Below, piece by piece: positions 52,026 to 63,286 of a DNA stretch of 64,000 nt. The stretch spans positions 248,001 to 312,000 of the forward strand of contig NW_024704805.1 of assembly GCF_018977255.1 (NCBI RefSeq), written 5' to 3'. Numbering within the stretch: position 1 is the stretch's first letter; each line of letters begins with the position of its first letter. The notes beneath the pieces were generated by a model that worked only from the letters and a program-made list of their open reading frames with translations, did no database searches and was not told the DNA's origin. A program made the position numbers and the translations under genes. The DNA comes from Callorhinchus milii. Its lineage: Eukaryota.

Positions 52026-52327
52026 GATCCAGTTGTACAGTTTCCCAGTCACCGCCTGAACAAACTGCTTTTGCTGGTGAGAGGATAAATTTACATTGCC
52101 AATACTCAGGATCCTGTGGACAAAATTTCAGCGTCTCCTGGTACCGTCGGTCCCCTGGTGAGGGACTGAAATACCTGCTCCACAGAAACCCCTCAGAAGA
52201 GGGAGGAAATTCCAATGGAGATCACATTTCTGCTTCTCTTGACACTGCCAAGAAAATCTGCGTTTTAACCATCACCGGCCTGGGGCTGACAGACTCCGCT
52301 ATGTATCACTGTGCACTCAGTCTGCAC
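52026..52327 (+). CDS. Supporting TCR delta V exon of NAR-TCR cassette 1 (no leader recognised)
   Basis: Acceptor CCCGCAG/GA is phase 1, compatible with the upstream J donor. SSCTVSQSPPEQTAFAGERINLHCQYSGSCGQNFSVSWYRR...KICVLTI...DSAMYHCALSL. RSS: CACAGTG 52328-52334, 23 bp, ACAATAACC. Confidence 0.88.
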
Positions 52328-53138
52328 CACAGTGATACACATCATAGGAAGCCTCGTACAATAACCCTCATCACAACCAAAGCTGGGAAACAGTACAGTG
52401 CAGTTTGTGACAGAGAGTGTAAGCAAACCCTTTCCAACTGCCACCGTGGTTTATACCTTATTCAGTTCATTTCAAATCAATTTGCTCATTTTCTGTTCTT
52501 TATATTTGTTTTTCTCCAATGTTTAGCAGAATTCGGCAAATGTTTGTTGCAATTCAGACATGTAATGATTAGTATTTGCACTAAAATATGCCTCACCTGC
52601 AGGAGCTCTCTGTTATAATAATTTCCACTGTTCTTTCTACCATTGCTATAGATAATTGTCGGCGAAGTTCATATTCGCAAGGCTATGGGGAGAGAGTAGT
52701 GGATTGAAATTGAATGGGATAACTCTTTTCAGAGAGCCGACACTGACACAATGGCTGGAATGACATTCTTCTGTGCTGCAAAGTTATAAGTTTGTATGAC
52801 TAAAGATATTTATAAAATTATAATGCCATCTCTGCGGGAAACGTCCCAAAGGGTTTCACATGGTACAATTTAAAGTGAAGTGACTTTGTGATTTGTTGGG
52901 TAACGCGGTAGCCAATTTGTTAATAGTAAGTTCCGACAAATATTCGTGAAGCAAAACACAGTTTTTTCTTAATTAGTAGATTGTCATTCATGAAAATTAG
53001 AGAAAGAAACATCCTTCTCGTTTCGAAAACTGCAGTGGGAACTTAAAGTCCATCTGAACATTCATAGGTGGCCGAATGTATTAATACTGTGATATAAGAA
53101 GCAATGAATCTAAGTAACCTGTAACATACATCTCGCTG

Positions 53139-53441
53139 GATCGAGTTATACATTTTTCCAAATCACCGCCTGAACAAACTGCTGTTGCTGGTGAGAGGAT
53201 AAATTTACATTGCCAATATTCAGGATTCTGTGGACAGGATTTCAGCGTCTCCTGTTACCTTCAGTCCCCTGGCGAGGAACCGAAATATCTGTTCCACAGA
53301 AAACTCTCAGGAGAGGGAGGAAATTCCAATGGAGATCACATTTCTGCTTCTCTTGACACTGCTAAGAAAATCAGCGTTTTAAACATCGCCGACATGCGGC
53401 TGACAGACTCCGCTCTGTATCACTGTTCACTCAGTCTGCAC
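53139..53441 (+). pseudogene. Decayed tandem duplicate of the supporting V
   Basis: Highly similar to 52026-52327, but the acceptor AG is TG, a +1 insertion in FR1 gives TGA, and the FR2 Trp is Cys. RSS intact: CACAGTG 53442-53448, 23 bp, ACAATAACC. Confidence 0.92.
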
Positions 53442-53491
53442 CACAGTGATACACATCAGAGGAATCCTCGTACAATAACCCTCATCACAAC

Positions 53492-54150
53492 AACAACAAC
53501 AAGATTCCATTTATAAAGCGCCTTTCACGTCAGGAGGACGTCCCAAGGCGCTGCACAGTTGGGTCATGACCCGAGCAGGGGGGAAATGGTCAGGGTGAGG
53601 GGAGGGAAGGGGGGGAGCGAGGAGGGGGAAGAGAGTCGAGAGGGGAGCTGAAGGCTCGGTCAAAGAGAAAGGTTTTGAGACCGGCCTTGAAGGAGGAAAG
53701 GGAGGAAGCAAGGCGAAGGCACTGGGGGATGGAGTTCCAGAGCCTCGGTGCTGAGAGGCTGAAGGCCCGACCACCGATGGTAGGGCGGTTGGGGCGGGGG
53801 ACGTGGAGCAGACCGGAGCCAGAGGAACGGAGGGTACGGACAGGTAGGTAGGGGGATGGTAGATTGGAGAGGTAGGAGGGAGCAAGGCCGTGAATGGCCT
53901 TGTAGGTGAGGATGAGGATCTTGAAATCAATCCTCTGGGGGATGGGGAGCCAGTGGAGGCGAGCGAGTGTAGGAGTGATGTGGTCCCGAAGCCTGGTGCG
54001 GGACAGTACACGAGCTGCAGAGTTCTGAATGACCTGCAGTGTGGAGGGAGGTGGCGGGAAGGCCGGCGAGGAGAGAGTTCCCATAGTCTAGCCTTGAGGT
54101 GACAAAGGCATGAACTAGGGTTTTAGCAGCGTGAGGGGTGAGGTAATGCC
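53492..54150 (-). mobile_element. 5'-truncated L2-clade LINE, recent insertion
   Basis: Minus-strand translation HAFVTSRLDYGNSLLAGLP...LQVIQNSAARVL...HITPTLARLHWLPIPQRIDFKILILTYKA is a typical L2 RT C-terminus; (TTG)n tail. The empty site is visible at 52367-52390. Confidence 0.9.
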
Positions 54151-55164
54151 CAACCAAAGCTGGGATACAGTACAGTACAGTTAGTGACAGACAGTGTAAA
54201 AAACCTTTTCCAAACTGCCACCATAGCTTTCACCTTATTGATTTCATATCAGGTCAAATAAAATATGTGATACACTTCTTTCTGAATGTTTGAGATATTT
54301 TTCACCGACAGATATTAAATTGTGATAAGTGTTCGTTGGAAATTAGACATGTTGAAAGTAACAGTTGGAGCAAGTAACACAATGACAAATAGAGTTATCC
54401 CTACTTTTGTTTTTCCGCTGCAGCTCGTCATTGAGACGTCTCAAAGCGCTTCACAGAATATTCTGTAAACTGAATTGACAGTATACTTTGTAGTAAATAT
54501 AAAGCAGCCTATGTTTTTGATTGTCAGAGTGAGCTCTTAAAAGATGCGACATACATTTCCACACAGTTTTTGTAAAGTGATATTTTGATGTCAGTGGAGA
54601 CTTGTACCTCAGTGCTGAGTGAGATGACTTGGGTTGGAATCCCAGGAAGTGCGAAAAGTTGGACAAGTTTCTTTACTCATTACTCGCGTCTCTCTTTTGC
54701 TTGCAGTAAAAAGGTACGCGGTTGTTGGTCGACTGTCGGATTATTTTCTGGGGTAATGACCCCTGCGAAATTAATTGGCAAATATAGGTTTTGCTCCTCA
54801 ATCCACGATTATTTGTAGCTCACTGCTGTGCATTAAAGTTGAAAATATACAACACTCCATCAAATGCAATAATTGCAATTACGTTACTTGCAGAGGTGAA
54901 GTCAACATCATCAATGATTTGAAATGGCATTGGTATCGCTTTCGGTATGGAATATAACTTCAGTGATATTTTGACTGTAAATTTGAGTTGCTATGTGCTT
55001 TCTAGGAAAACACGGCTGCGCATTTATGCTGTTAAATCCTTTGAGCTGTTAAATTCACTATTATTGGGCTTAATGTTTAAGTCATTCTCTCTCGTCGTTA
55101 CAACATTTTGAGGAGTTACCTCTTGCGTCTGTGTGGCAGTGAATAAAACGTTCTTTCTGGCTAT

Positions 55165-55455
55165 AAGGGCAGCGTTGAACCACCACAGATGAAGTGTCTG
55201 TTACAGCAGGCCAGACTGCAAACCTGAGCTGCATCAACTCTGCTGATTTCACGAATGCTTTAATGATCTTGTAGTGTCACTATCAACTGGAACGTCCGCT
55301 GTACACACTGCGACAGGAGTTTGATGGAAACACTTTTAGTGGTGAACTCCACGCAACATGTCACCGCTCATCTGGACACGAGCAGGAATAGATCCACTGT
55401 ACTTGTGCTCCGCATGGCTCCAACTGACACGGAAACACTTTATTGTGCCATTACA
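55165..55455 (+). pseudogene. Highly decayed TCR V pseudogene
   Basis: DEVSVTAGQTANLSC...stop...frameshift...HVTAHLDTSRNRSTVLVLRMAPTDTETLYCAIT. Heptamer-like sequence at about 55454 and a perfect nonamer ACAAAAACC at 55538. Confidence 0.75.
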
Positions 55456-57110
55456 CACATATAGCGCTTGATCACGACATCGAGGCCTGTTAAAGCGCTT
55501 CACAGAATACACTGTTATTGTTAGAATACATCAATGTACAAAAACCTCCAAAGAGGAGAGAAAGGGCTTCATCTCCGCACAGATGTTATTCCTGACAGTT
55601 GACCTATTTGACAAGTTGTGACTTTGATGCTTCGTCACTCATGAGGAAACACCTGACTTACTCCAAACCACAAGCAAAATGTGATAGAGTGGTTCATGTG
55701 GGGAAATAGTGAAAGAAATAATGCTAATACTTACATTGAACATAGCGCATTATCCCAATTTTGAGATGTCCCTAAGCGCTTCATAGTTTATACTGTAAAG
55801 TGAATTCATTGAATTAACTGAAAGATGCAGTTGCTGCGCTTCACAATATATCAATGTCATACGACCAGCTTTCTCAATATATTCATTGGTATTTTGGAGC
55901 ATTCGGCAGAGTGAAGGTTAACTGTACACATTTTAGCGAGATAATGTGTTGATATTCATGTTTTGTAAGTGAATAATAATTTAAATGGGTATCTATTTTC
56001 AGTCCAACCTCTTAACTGATACTGTATGTCACACTTCGTTTACACATTAAAAGTTTACACCTTCTGAATTTATTTCACAGTTTGACGACATTTTGCAAAA
56101 TAACCAGAGGGGAGACGAGAAGACAATCTTTAACAAATAATCTTGTTACGGTCCAGAATGCACAGTCTGAAAATATGCTGGACCCAGATTCGATAGCTCT
56201 AGATCTTGAAAGGAATTGGACAGTTAGCTACAAATGAAAACATATGTGGAAACAGTGGGGGATTGGGATGGATTGATAGCTTTTCTCTATCACATCATCT
56301 ACATGGGTCAGACCTGTAAGTCATGTCTAAAATGGAAATAATATTGTGCAAAATTAATAGCTAATTCAACTTTGCATTATACAGAGCGCTTTATCACGAC
56401 TTCGAGGCGTGCTAAAGCGCTTACAGAATATACTGTGAACTGAATCATCTACATGTTATGGGCGAAATACGGCAGTCCATTTTGCGTCCCACAAACAACT
56501 GTGGATTAAATGACCAATTTGTAATTAATATTTTTTTGAAGGTTTTATTAACCCCGAAAATATTTGATGGAGCTCAGACGACGTGGGAGTTATTATGTGG
56601 GTGACCCAGGCTGCTATTCTGATAGGTAATCAATTATGACAAATAATAGTCAACAGCGATTGCATAGCTTACAATCGTGGAGTCCTGTACCTCAGTGGTT
56701 AGAGCGCTCACCTCGGAAGCGAGAGACCCTGTTCCGATTCCCGGAAAAGAGAAACATTGGGCGAGTTTCCTGACTCCACACACAACACGTAGGAACCCGT
56801 TTGGTACTCGACTGGCGAATCGCAGTTTCTCAGTTAATAGTACTTTCAAAATAAAATATTATTGATAATCTTATCGCTTAGTCTTCGACTCTTTGTGGGA
56901 CATGGCTGTGCACATTTGGCTGCCGCGTTGAGGCCATAAAAGACGCAGTCAGTTCGCTTTGCGTACAGAGGGTGAAGCGATTTCAGTCGCCTTCACGACG
57001 CGTCAAGGCGCCGCAGCCAATGAGACTGTGGTTCCGCTAATGACGGTAATCACTGCGGGTTATCAGCAAACTGATGGCACAGACATAACCACACAGACTG
57101 AAGAGCAGCA

Positions 57111-58390
57111 ATGAGGCTGTTTGCTGTCTGTCTTGTGCTGGGAACCTTTATGGCAGGTGAGGCCTTGTTGAGCTAATTCAGTGTTGCTGCTGATGGTCAG
57201 CTCCATGTCAATAACAACCGGAGTAAGAAAACCGGTAGCTCAGTGTACAGAGCTCTCGCCCAACAAGCGACAAGATCTGGGTTCGATTCCCGGGCAGTGT
57301 GAAACCAAGTGGAGTCCTGTAGCTCAGTGGTTAGAGCACTCGCTTTCCAAGCGAGAGACCTGAGTTCAATTCCAGGCAGAGGGCGAAACCTTGGGCAAGT
57401 TTTCTTACTCCACACACCTAATAATAATCCCTACAAAAACAAAAACAATAATAAATTGGTCATTTTAAATCTACGACTGTTTGTGGGACATTGCTGTGCG
57501 CAATTGGCTGACGCGTTCGCCCGCAACTATAGAGTCAATTCACTTTACAGTGTGTTCTGTGAAGCGCTTTGGGACGTCCTCTTGACGTAAAAAGCGCTAC
57601 ATTAAATGCAAGGATTATTATTATTATAAGGCAAGTTTTCTCACTCGATACATACAGACACACTTCTGTTCATCAAGCTGTAAGCAGCATGCACATTGGT
57701 ATACAGCGCGTGGGTAATAAACCGTCCAAATAATAATTCTCCCTTCATTCATTTTCAGTGGATTGCCGGGTCACTTTTCCGGCGAGAATAACACATTAGG
57801 TTTTTTTTCAATAATAATTGGATAACGGATTCCATAACCGGTCGTGTTATACTGATGTACAGCAATTTTGCCCACCAATTTCACTTTATAGTGTACTTTA
57901 TGCAGCGCAAAAAGACGTCTCAACACCGGGAAATTGCGCCGTAAAAAATATTATTTTATTCTTAAAAAATGACATGTGTATCGGTCCTTTACTTTGTGGA
58001 GGATAACCCAATATGTGGTCCGAATGTCAGCCAAGGAGCAAATAATATACCGCGGTGCTCTTCCATGTTTAATACAGAACTCTGTGGTGGGGACACTGTC
58101 AATCAGAAAGAAGCCTCGAGGCTTAAGAGAGAAGCAGAAACCGTGAAGTTAAAGTGTACATATTCCACGATTCAAAGCAATTACCGTCTCTTCTGGTACC
58201 GACGTTACCCAGTCAAGCAGCCAGAGTTTATAGTTGTGCTATATTCTTCGGATGACGATGAAGACAAAGGAGAAGGGTTTGGAAACCGTTTCTCTGCTCA
58301 GCTACAGAAATCCAACTCCACCACCAGTTTAACCATCTCTGAGCTGGTGTTGTCTGACAGCGCTGTGTATTACTGCGCCTTTACTGTCAC
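57111..58390 (+). CDS. TCR alpha/delta V gene segment, apparently functional (leader 57111-57156, V exon 58078-58390)
   Basis: MRLFAVCLVLGTFMA + ELCGGDTVNQKEAS...LKC...LFWYRRY...DSAVYYCAFTV. RSS: CACAGTG 58391-58397, 23 bp, ACAAAAACT. Confidence 0.95.
57309..57627 (+). mobile_element. tRNA-derived SINE, near full length, in the V intron
   Basis: Head with A and B boxes, a CCTTGGGCAAGT motif, body, and an L2-like tail with (ATT)n; preceded by a truncated older head at about 57230-57300. Confidence 0.88.
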
Positions 58391-59299
58391 CACAGTGATA
58401 GACTGCACTGCAGGTCTCGTACAAAAACTGCCTTCACTTTGTACATGGGATGATCTGTCTGTTGAAGTGTGTGCGGAAACTTGCGGATCTTGAGGCCCTG
58501 CGGGGAGCAGATATGTCTGTAGCGAGACTGAGAGGAAACCACATTCACCGCACATCAACTTGTCAGCTGAACATTTGCACAATCATTGTAAATCGATCGA
58601 ATTATCGCTTTTGTGGGGGATATTAAGCCCGTCATATTTAATATTGGTAGCTCCATCCATGTCTGTTCAAGTGTATGTTAAGTATCTCACGTAACGACTC
58701 GAAACGATTATCGATATCCTGACAGAGCGAAATAAGTGTCCGGGACGGTAGTGTTCGTGCAGGCGCTGAGGTTGGGTAGCACTGATCGTGGTAGGAGGAT
58801 ATATAACAACAAATAAATTGTCTCCGTCCACTCGCTTCCATCTCAAGAGCTTCCCTTACAACTGTGTCTTTAGGGATCATCCCTTGTCATCACAACAGGC
58901 TCTCCACCCCTCTCTCTTCCCAAACTGCAGCTCGAATGCAAAAGCCTTCACGCTCAAGTGACCTTGGACGTTCTGCAGTAACAAAAAGCGCTATTTAATA
59001 CAATTTGTTGGTGTAATTGTTGATTCAACGACGCTTTATGAAATGAAAGGATTACTAAGATTCTTTCTCACCAAAATTTTATTCACATCAGTTTTTACAC
59101 CGTTTTGCGGTGGATCCGAATTGAATGAACATGAAAATGAGTGTAGCCCAACGGCCATATTTAGCAGTCTGACAACAAGATCACGGGGTAATTTTGTCAA
59201 GAAAACACTGCTGTGGTGCCACGGATGTGATGTTGAAACCCGTCACACACTTTCCATCATCAAACTCTGATGGCAAACGCTTCTTGCTGAAGAGCGACA

Positions 59300-60209
59300 A
59301 TGTGGCTGTCCATTGACTACCTTCTTCTATTGAACTTTATGTCAGATGAGGTTGGGAAACATACAGTGCAGATTAAGATTGATATAGAGGCTTTTTCATC
59401 AGTTGGATGATTCATTTTGTTTGGCAGTCCTGCCTAGTCACCCAAGTTGGGTTTGCGACTTGACATGTTAGGAACGGAAAGCTAATAACAGTAATTCTTA
59501 TATTTGATAAAACGCCTTAACATAAAGAGGCGTCTCAAAGCACGTCTTAGTATTCATTGACAAGTCAAATGACCGTATATGTTGTGAGAGAAAGGCGGCA
59601 GCCCACTGGACACAGAATACTTCCACAGAAAGTGGTGCATTGAGAGACCACGTTTATTTTTTATCCATTATTATCCGACGAAAAACAATCCGCCAATCGA
59701 CTAACAACTGGGTTCCTCCTTATTGCTTGGTTAGTAGGGCGTGTTTTTAGTAGTAAGGAAACCTGCCTAAGGTTTCTCCCTGTCCTGCCCGGGAATCGAA
59801 CTCTGGTTCTGTCGCTTGCTGGGCGAGTGCACAAACCATTTACCTACAGGACTGCAATAGCGCCATGTTTGATGTTCATCCATTCCTCTAGTTGCAGATG
59901 TGATGCTGGGAGATTCAGTCTGACAGCAGACAGCGGGGCTGAGCAAACAAGAGGGAGACACAATTAGTCTGAGCTGCTCATATACCACCAGCTCGTCCTT
60001 TGCTGCTCTGTATTGGTACAGATATCACCCAGGCTTCGCTGCCCAATACATTCTCTCTCGTGATACCGATGGAAATGACAACACTGCAGATTTCGCCAAA
60101 GGGCGTTTCACTTCACAGCTTGACAAGAATCAGAGACAAACCACATTAAACATATGCTGTGTCATTATTACTGACGCTGCCACTTATTATTGCGGCTGAA
60201 GTACAGAAG
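59300..60209 (+). pseudogene. TCR V pseudogene with a perfect RSS
   Basis: Leader 59300-59345 (MWLSIDYLLLLNFMS) with donor GT changed to AT; V exon 59898-60209 has TGA in FR1 and TGA after YYCG. RSS: CACAGTG 60210-60216, 23 bp, ACAAAAACC. Confidence 0.92.
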
Positions 60210-60828
60210 CACAGTGCTGCAATTCAATGACTTCCCTGTACAAAAACCCAACCAACGTGGAGCCTTCTAGCTCAGTGGTAAGAGCACTCGCCTCGCAAGC
60301 GAGAGACTTGTGTTTGATTCCCAGCCGAGCAAAATATTGGGCAACTTTCCTTACTCCACACACCTCAGTTTGTTTAGCAGTAAACAGGATCACGATTGTT
60401 AGTCGATTAATGGATTGCTGTTCTGGGGATAATAAGCTCTTTATAAAATAATAATAATTAGGTCACTCAGAACAAGAATACACACTGACATTCTACTGAA
60501 ATGCCGACAGATGTCGACATATAACAATACAATAAAACTGACTTTCAACAGCAGTTTTCACATTAGGAAGATACCTCATTCGTGCAATAATGTGGAGTCT
60601 TTTAGCTTAGTGGTTAGATCGCAAGTTTCGCAAGCGAGAATATCTGAGTTCGATCTCGGGTGGGGAGAAACGTTAAGACCCACTCGCCTTTGTATATACA
60701 ACAGTAAATAGGAACACTTATGTTATTCGTTTGTAGATCAACTTACCGGCGGCCATAATCCCTTAAAATAAACCAATTACATGTTTATTTTAAAACATGT
60801 CAATAATTTCATAAGTAAAATATTAATT

Positions 60829-60978
60829 NNNNNNNNNNNNNNNNNNNNNNNNNNNNNNNNNNNNNNNNNNNNNNNNNNNNNNNNNNNNNNNNNNNNNNNN
60901 NNNNNNNNNNNNNNNNNNNNNNNNNNNNNNNNNNNNNNNNNNNNNNNNNNNNNNNNNNNNNNNNNNNNNNNNNNNNNN
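60829..60978. other. Assembly gap (150 N)
   Basis: Run of N in the sequence. Confidence 1.
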
Positions 60979-61130
60979 ACTTTCCTGGGGAATCAAATAA
61001 ATATAGTTGACGACAGAGACAGAGAGACAGAGAGAGCGAGAGAGAGAGAAAGACAAACAAACAGAAAGAGAAACACACAGAAATACAGACATAGAGATAG
61101 AAAATTCGAGTTAATTAATAATAATGATAA

Positions 61131-61447
61131 TAATAGTAATAATCCTTGCATTTGATATAGCGCTTTTCACGTCGGGAGGACGTCCCAAAGCGCTTCACAG
61201 AACACACTGTAAATTGAATTGACTGTATATTTTTGGGCGAACGTGGCAGCCAATTGCGCACAGCAATGTCCCACAAACAGTCGTAGATTGAAAGTGATCA
61301 ACTTGTTATTGTTTTTGGTTTGATGAGCGATTATTTTTAGGCTCTGTGTGGAGTAAGGAAACTTGCCCGAGATTTCGCCCTCTGCCTGGAATTGAACTCA
61401 GGTCTCTCACTTGCAAAGCGAGTGTTCTAACCACTGAGCTACAGGAA
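61131..61447 (-). mobile_element. tRNA-derived SINE, near full length
   Basis: Near-identical to 128-456. Confidence 0.85.
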
Positions 61448-61848
61448 TCTGTAGTAGTTTCTTTATGTGCCTTTCCGAATTCTCAATAAAGCCCCTCTCC
61501 ACATCACACAGCCGTTGACCCTCTCAGTGACAGATTACACTCCCTCCCGTTGGCTTCCCCGTCAATTGTCCATTTAAAATAAAATGATCCTGGAACAGTC
61601 ATCCCCAAATTCCCCTCTATGCCAAATGCCCTCCGGCACTGTTATTCAGCCACTCTCCTCATGTATGTTCTTCCCCTCCACACGCAAATCACTACCCCGC
61701 CCTCCCCTGAAAGCAACTGACACCAGCCATGATGTGACGTTGTTCATCACAAATAAACCAAGTCCCCAACGCTCTTACAGAACAGCTCTGTTTTACTCAC
61801 AGTCACTCTGAGGTGTCGGGACTGACGGTATCTCCCAGCGGTGGAAGG

Positions 61849-62547
61849 ATGTCTCTCCTCTGTATCTCCATCTTCTTCCTATTCTTACAATGTAAGTGGT
61901 TGTTTCCATAACACAGCACTACACAGCACCAGTGAGTATCATCAGTAGTATAGTTAAACAATATAAATTATCCTTGAAATTGATGTATATCGTTACGATG
62001 TGGATGGGACGTCTCAGTTCGCTTCAAATAATAGTTTGTGCACTGAATTTTGTGGTCGAAACGCGGCAGTCAATTATTTAGCTTTAATTTCATTATATAT
62101 TATAATCATGTGTATTAATTAATATTATAATTATACTACATATTCCTGATTATATTATATCAACTGATATCAAGGCAGATCTAGCCAAAACTTGTAATGG
62201 AATTCTAATAGAATTGTTCAATGTTGAAAATCTGTTAAACTGATGTAATATTGGGTATAATTTTCAGATGTTTTCAGCGCCTCAGTAACGCAGACACCAT
62301 CCTCCATTATGAGAGAAGAATGCGACGCTTTAACCATCAACTGTGTCTTCTCACCAAGTTGTCGAGACGAATTCACAAGTATGGAGTTCTTTCGGCAATT
62401 CCCAATTGGAACAGATTGGAAGCCCATCCCTCGTGAAGGGAGGTTTGCTGTAAAGACAGACACGGAATCGAAGTCGTCTTCTCTGGAAATTAATGACTTG
62501 CAAGTTGAAGACAGCGCTGACTACAAATGTACAGCTCGAATTTGGAC
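61849..62547 (+). CDS. IgNAR-like V segment of NAR-TCR cassette 2 (leader 61849-61891, V exon 62268-62547)
   Basis: MSLLCISIFFLFLQ + YVFSASVTQTPSSIMREECDALTINCVFSPSCRDEFTSMEFFRQ...EGRFAVKTDTESKSSSLEINDLQVEDSADYKCTARIW. RSS: CACAATG 62548-62554, 22 bp, ACAAAAAGC. Confidence 0.93.
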
Positions 62548-62899
62548 CACAATGCCGTATCTGGGCTTCCAACAATACAAAAAGCCCCTTCACCAACTCG
62601 CATGTAAAACACAGATATTGTGAACTTGTCAATGAGTTCAATGCACGTTCCCCATTAGGATGTGATGTACAATGCTGTTTAATAGCACTGCCTTTGAGAC
62701 ACGACCAATGGTTATGAAAACTTAGGAAAAGTGAACGAGTTTGAATCTGATGTTAGAACTTTGCTCGTATTCGTGTACATAACAGCTTATTGCAAGAGAC
62801 AGATTGTAAAGAATAATATTCAAAAGAATGTTCCACATTACATCATTGATTGGCCATGTGTAAATGGCAGAAAATATTCCAATTGATTTTCCATCCATT

Positions 62900-62971
62900 G
62901 ATTTTTGTATTGACATTAAATACTGTGTTCGCTGTAGGATGGTCACATTGGACAACATCAGCACAAATACT
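62900..62971 (+). other. D segment of NAR-TCR cassette 2 (coding 62928-62943) with 12/12 RSS
   Basis: GATTTTTGT, 12 bp, TACTGTG [TTCGCTGTAGGATGGT] CACATTG, 12 bp, ACAAATACT. Confidence 0.9.
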
Positions 62972-63286
62972 GCACAGTTATTTTTGTGAAAATATATGAG
63001 ACTTAATCACTGAAAACTGTGTCCTATTTAATGATGCTGAAGGTGACCAAAGTTTGCTTTCAAAATTAATTATTTGAAGCAGACATTTTCTGGAATTATT
63101 TGTAAAGATTTATTCAATGAGACGTGCACTCTATCTGTGTTTGGTAGCAATAGTATTGAAGATAAACATGATTTATACAAATGAAAGCTATGAAGATGGG
63201 ACAGTTTTGGAAAGATAGGAATCAATGACCATGTTGTCAGCATTTGTTTGTTTTCGTGCCAGTATTAAACCAAGATCTCATAGAAC

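Noticed and set aside
53511-54157. Overlapping 76-166 aa ORFs
   Set aside because: Frameshifted remnants of the L2 reverse transcriptase, not host genes.
57315-57390. tRNA-like cloverleaf sequences (also near 20245, 26280, 38650, 56680, 60265 and others)
   Set aside because: Each runs into the SINE body, and the anticodon loop varies among copies; these are SINE heads, not tRNA genes.
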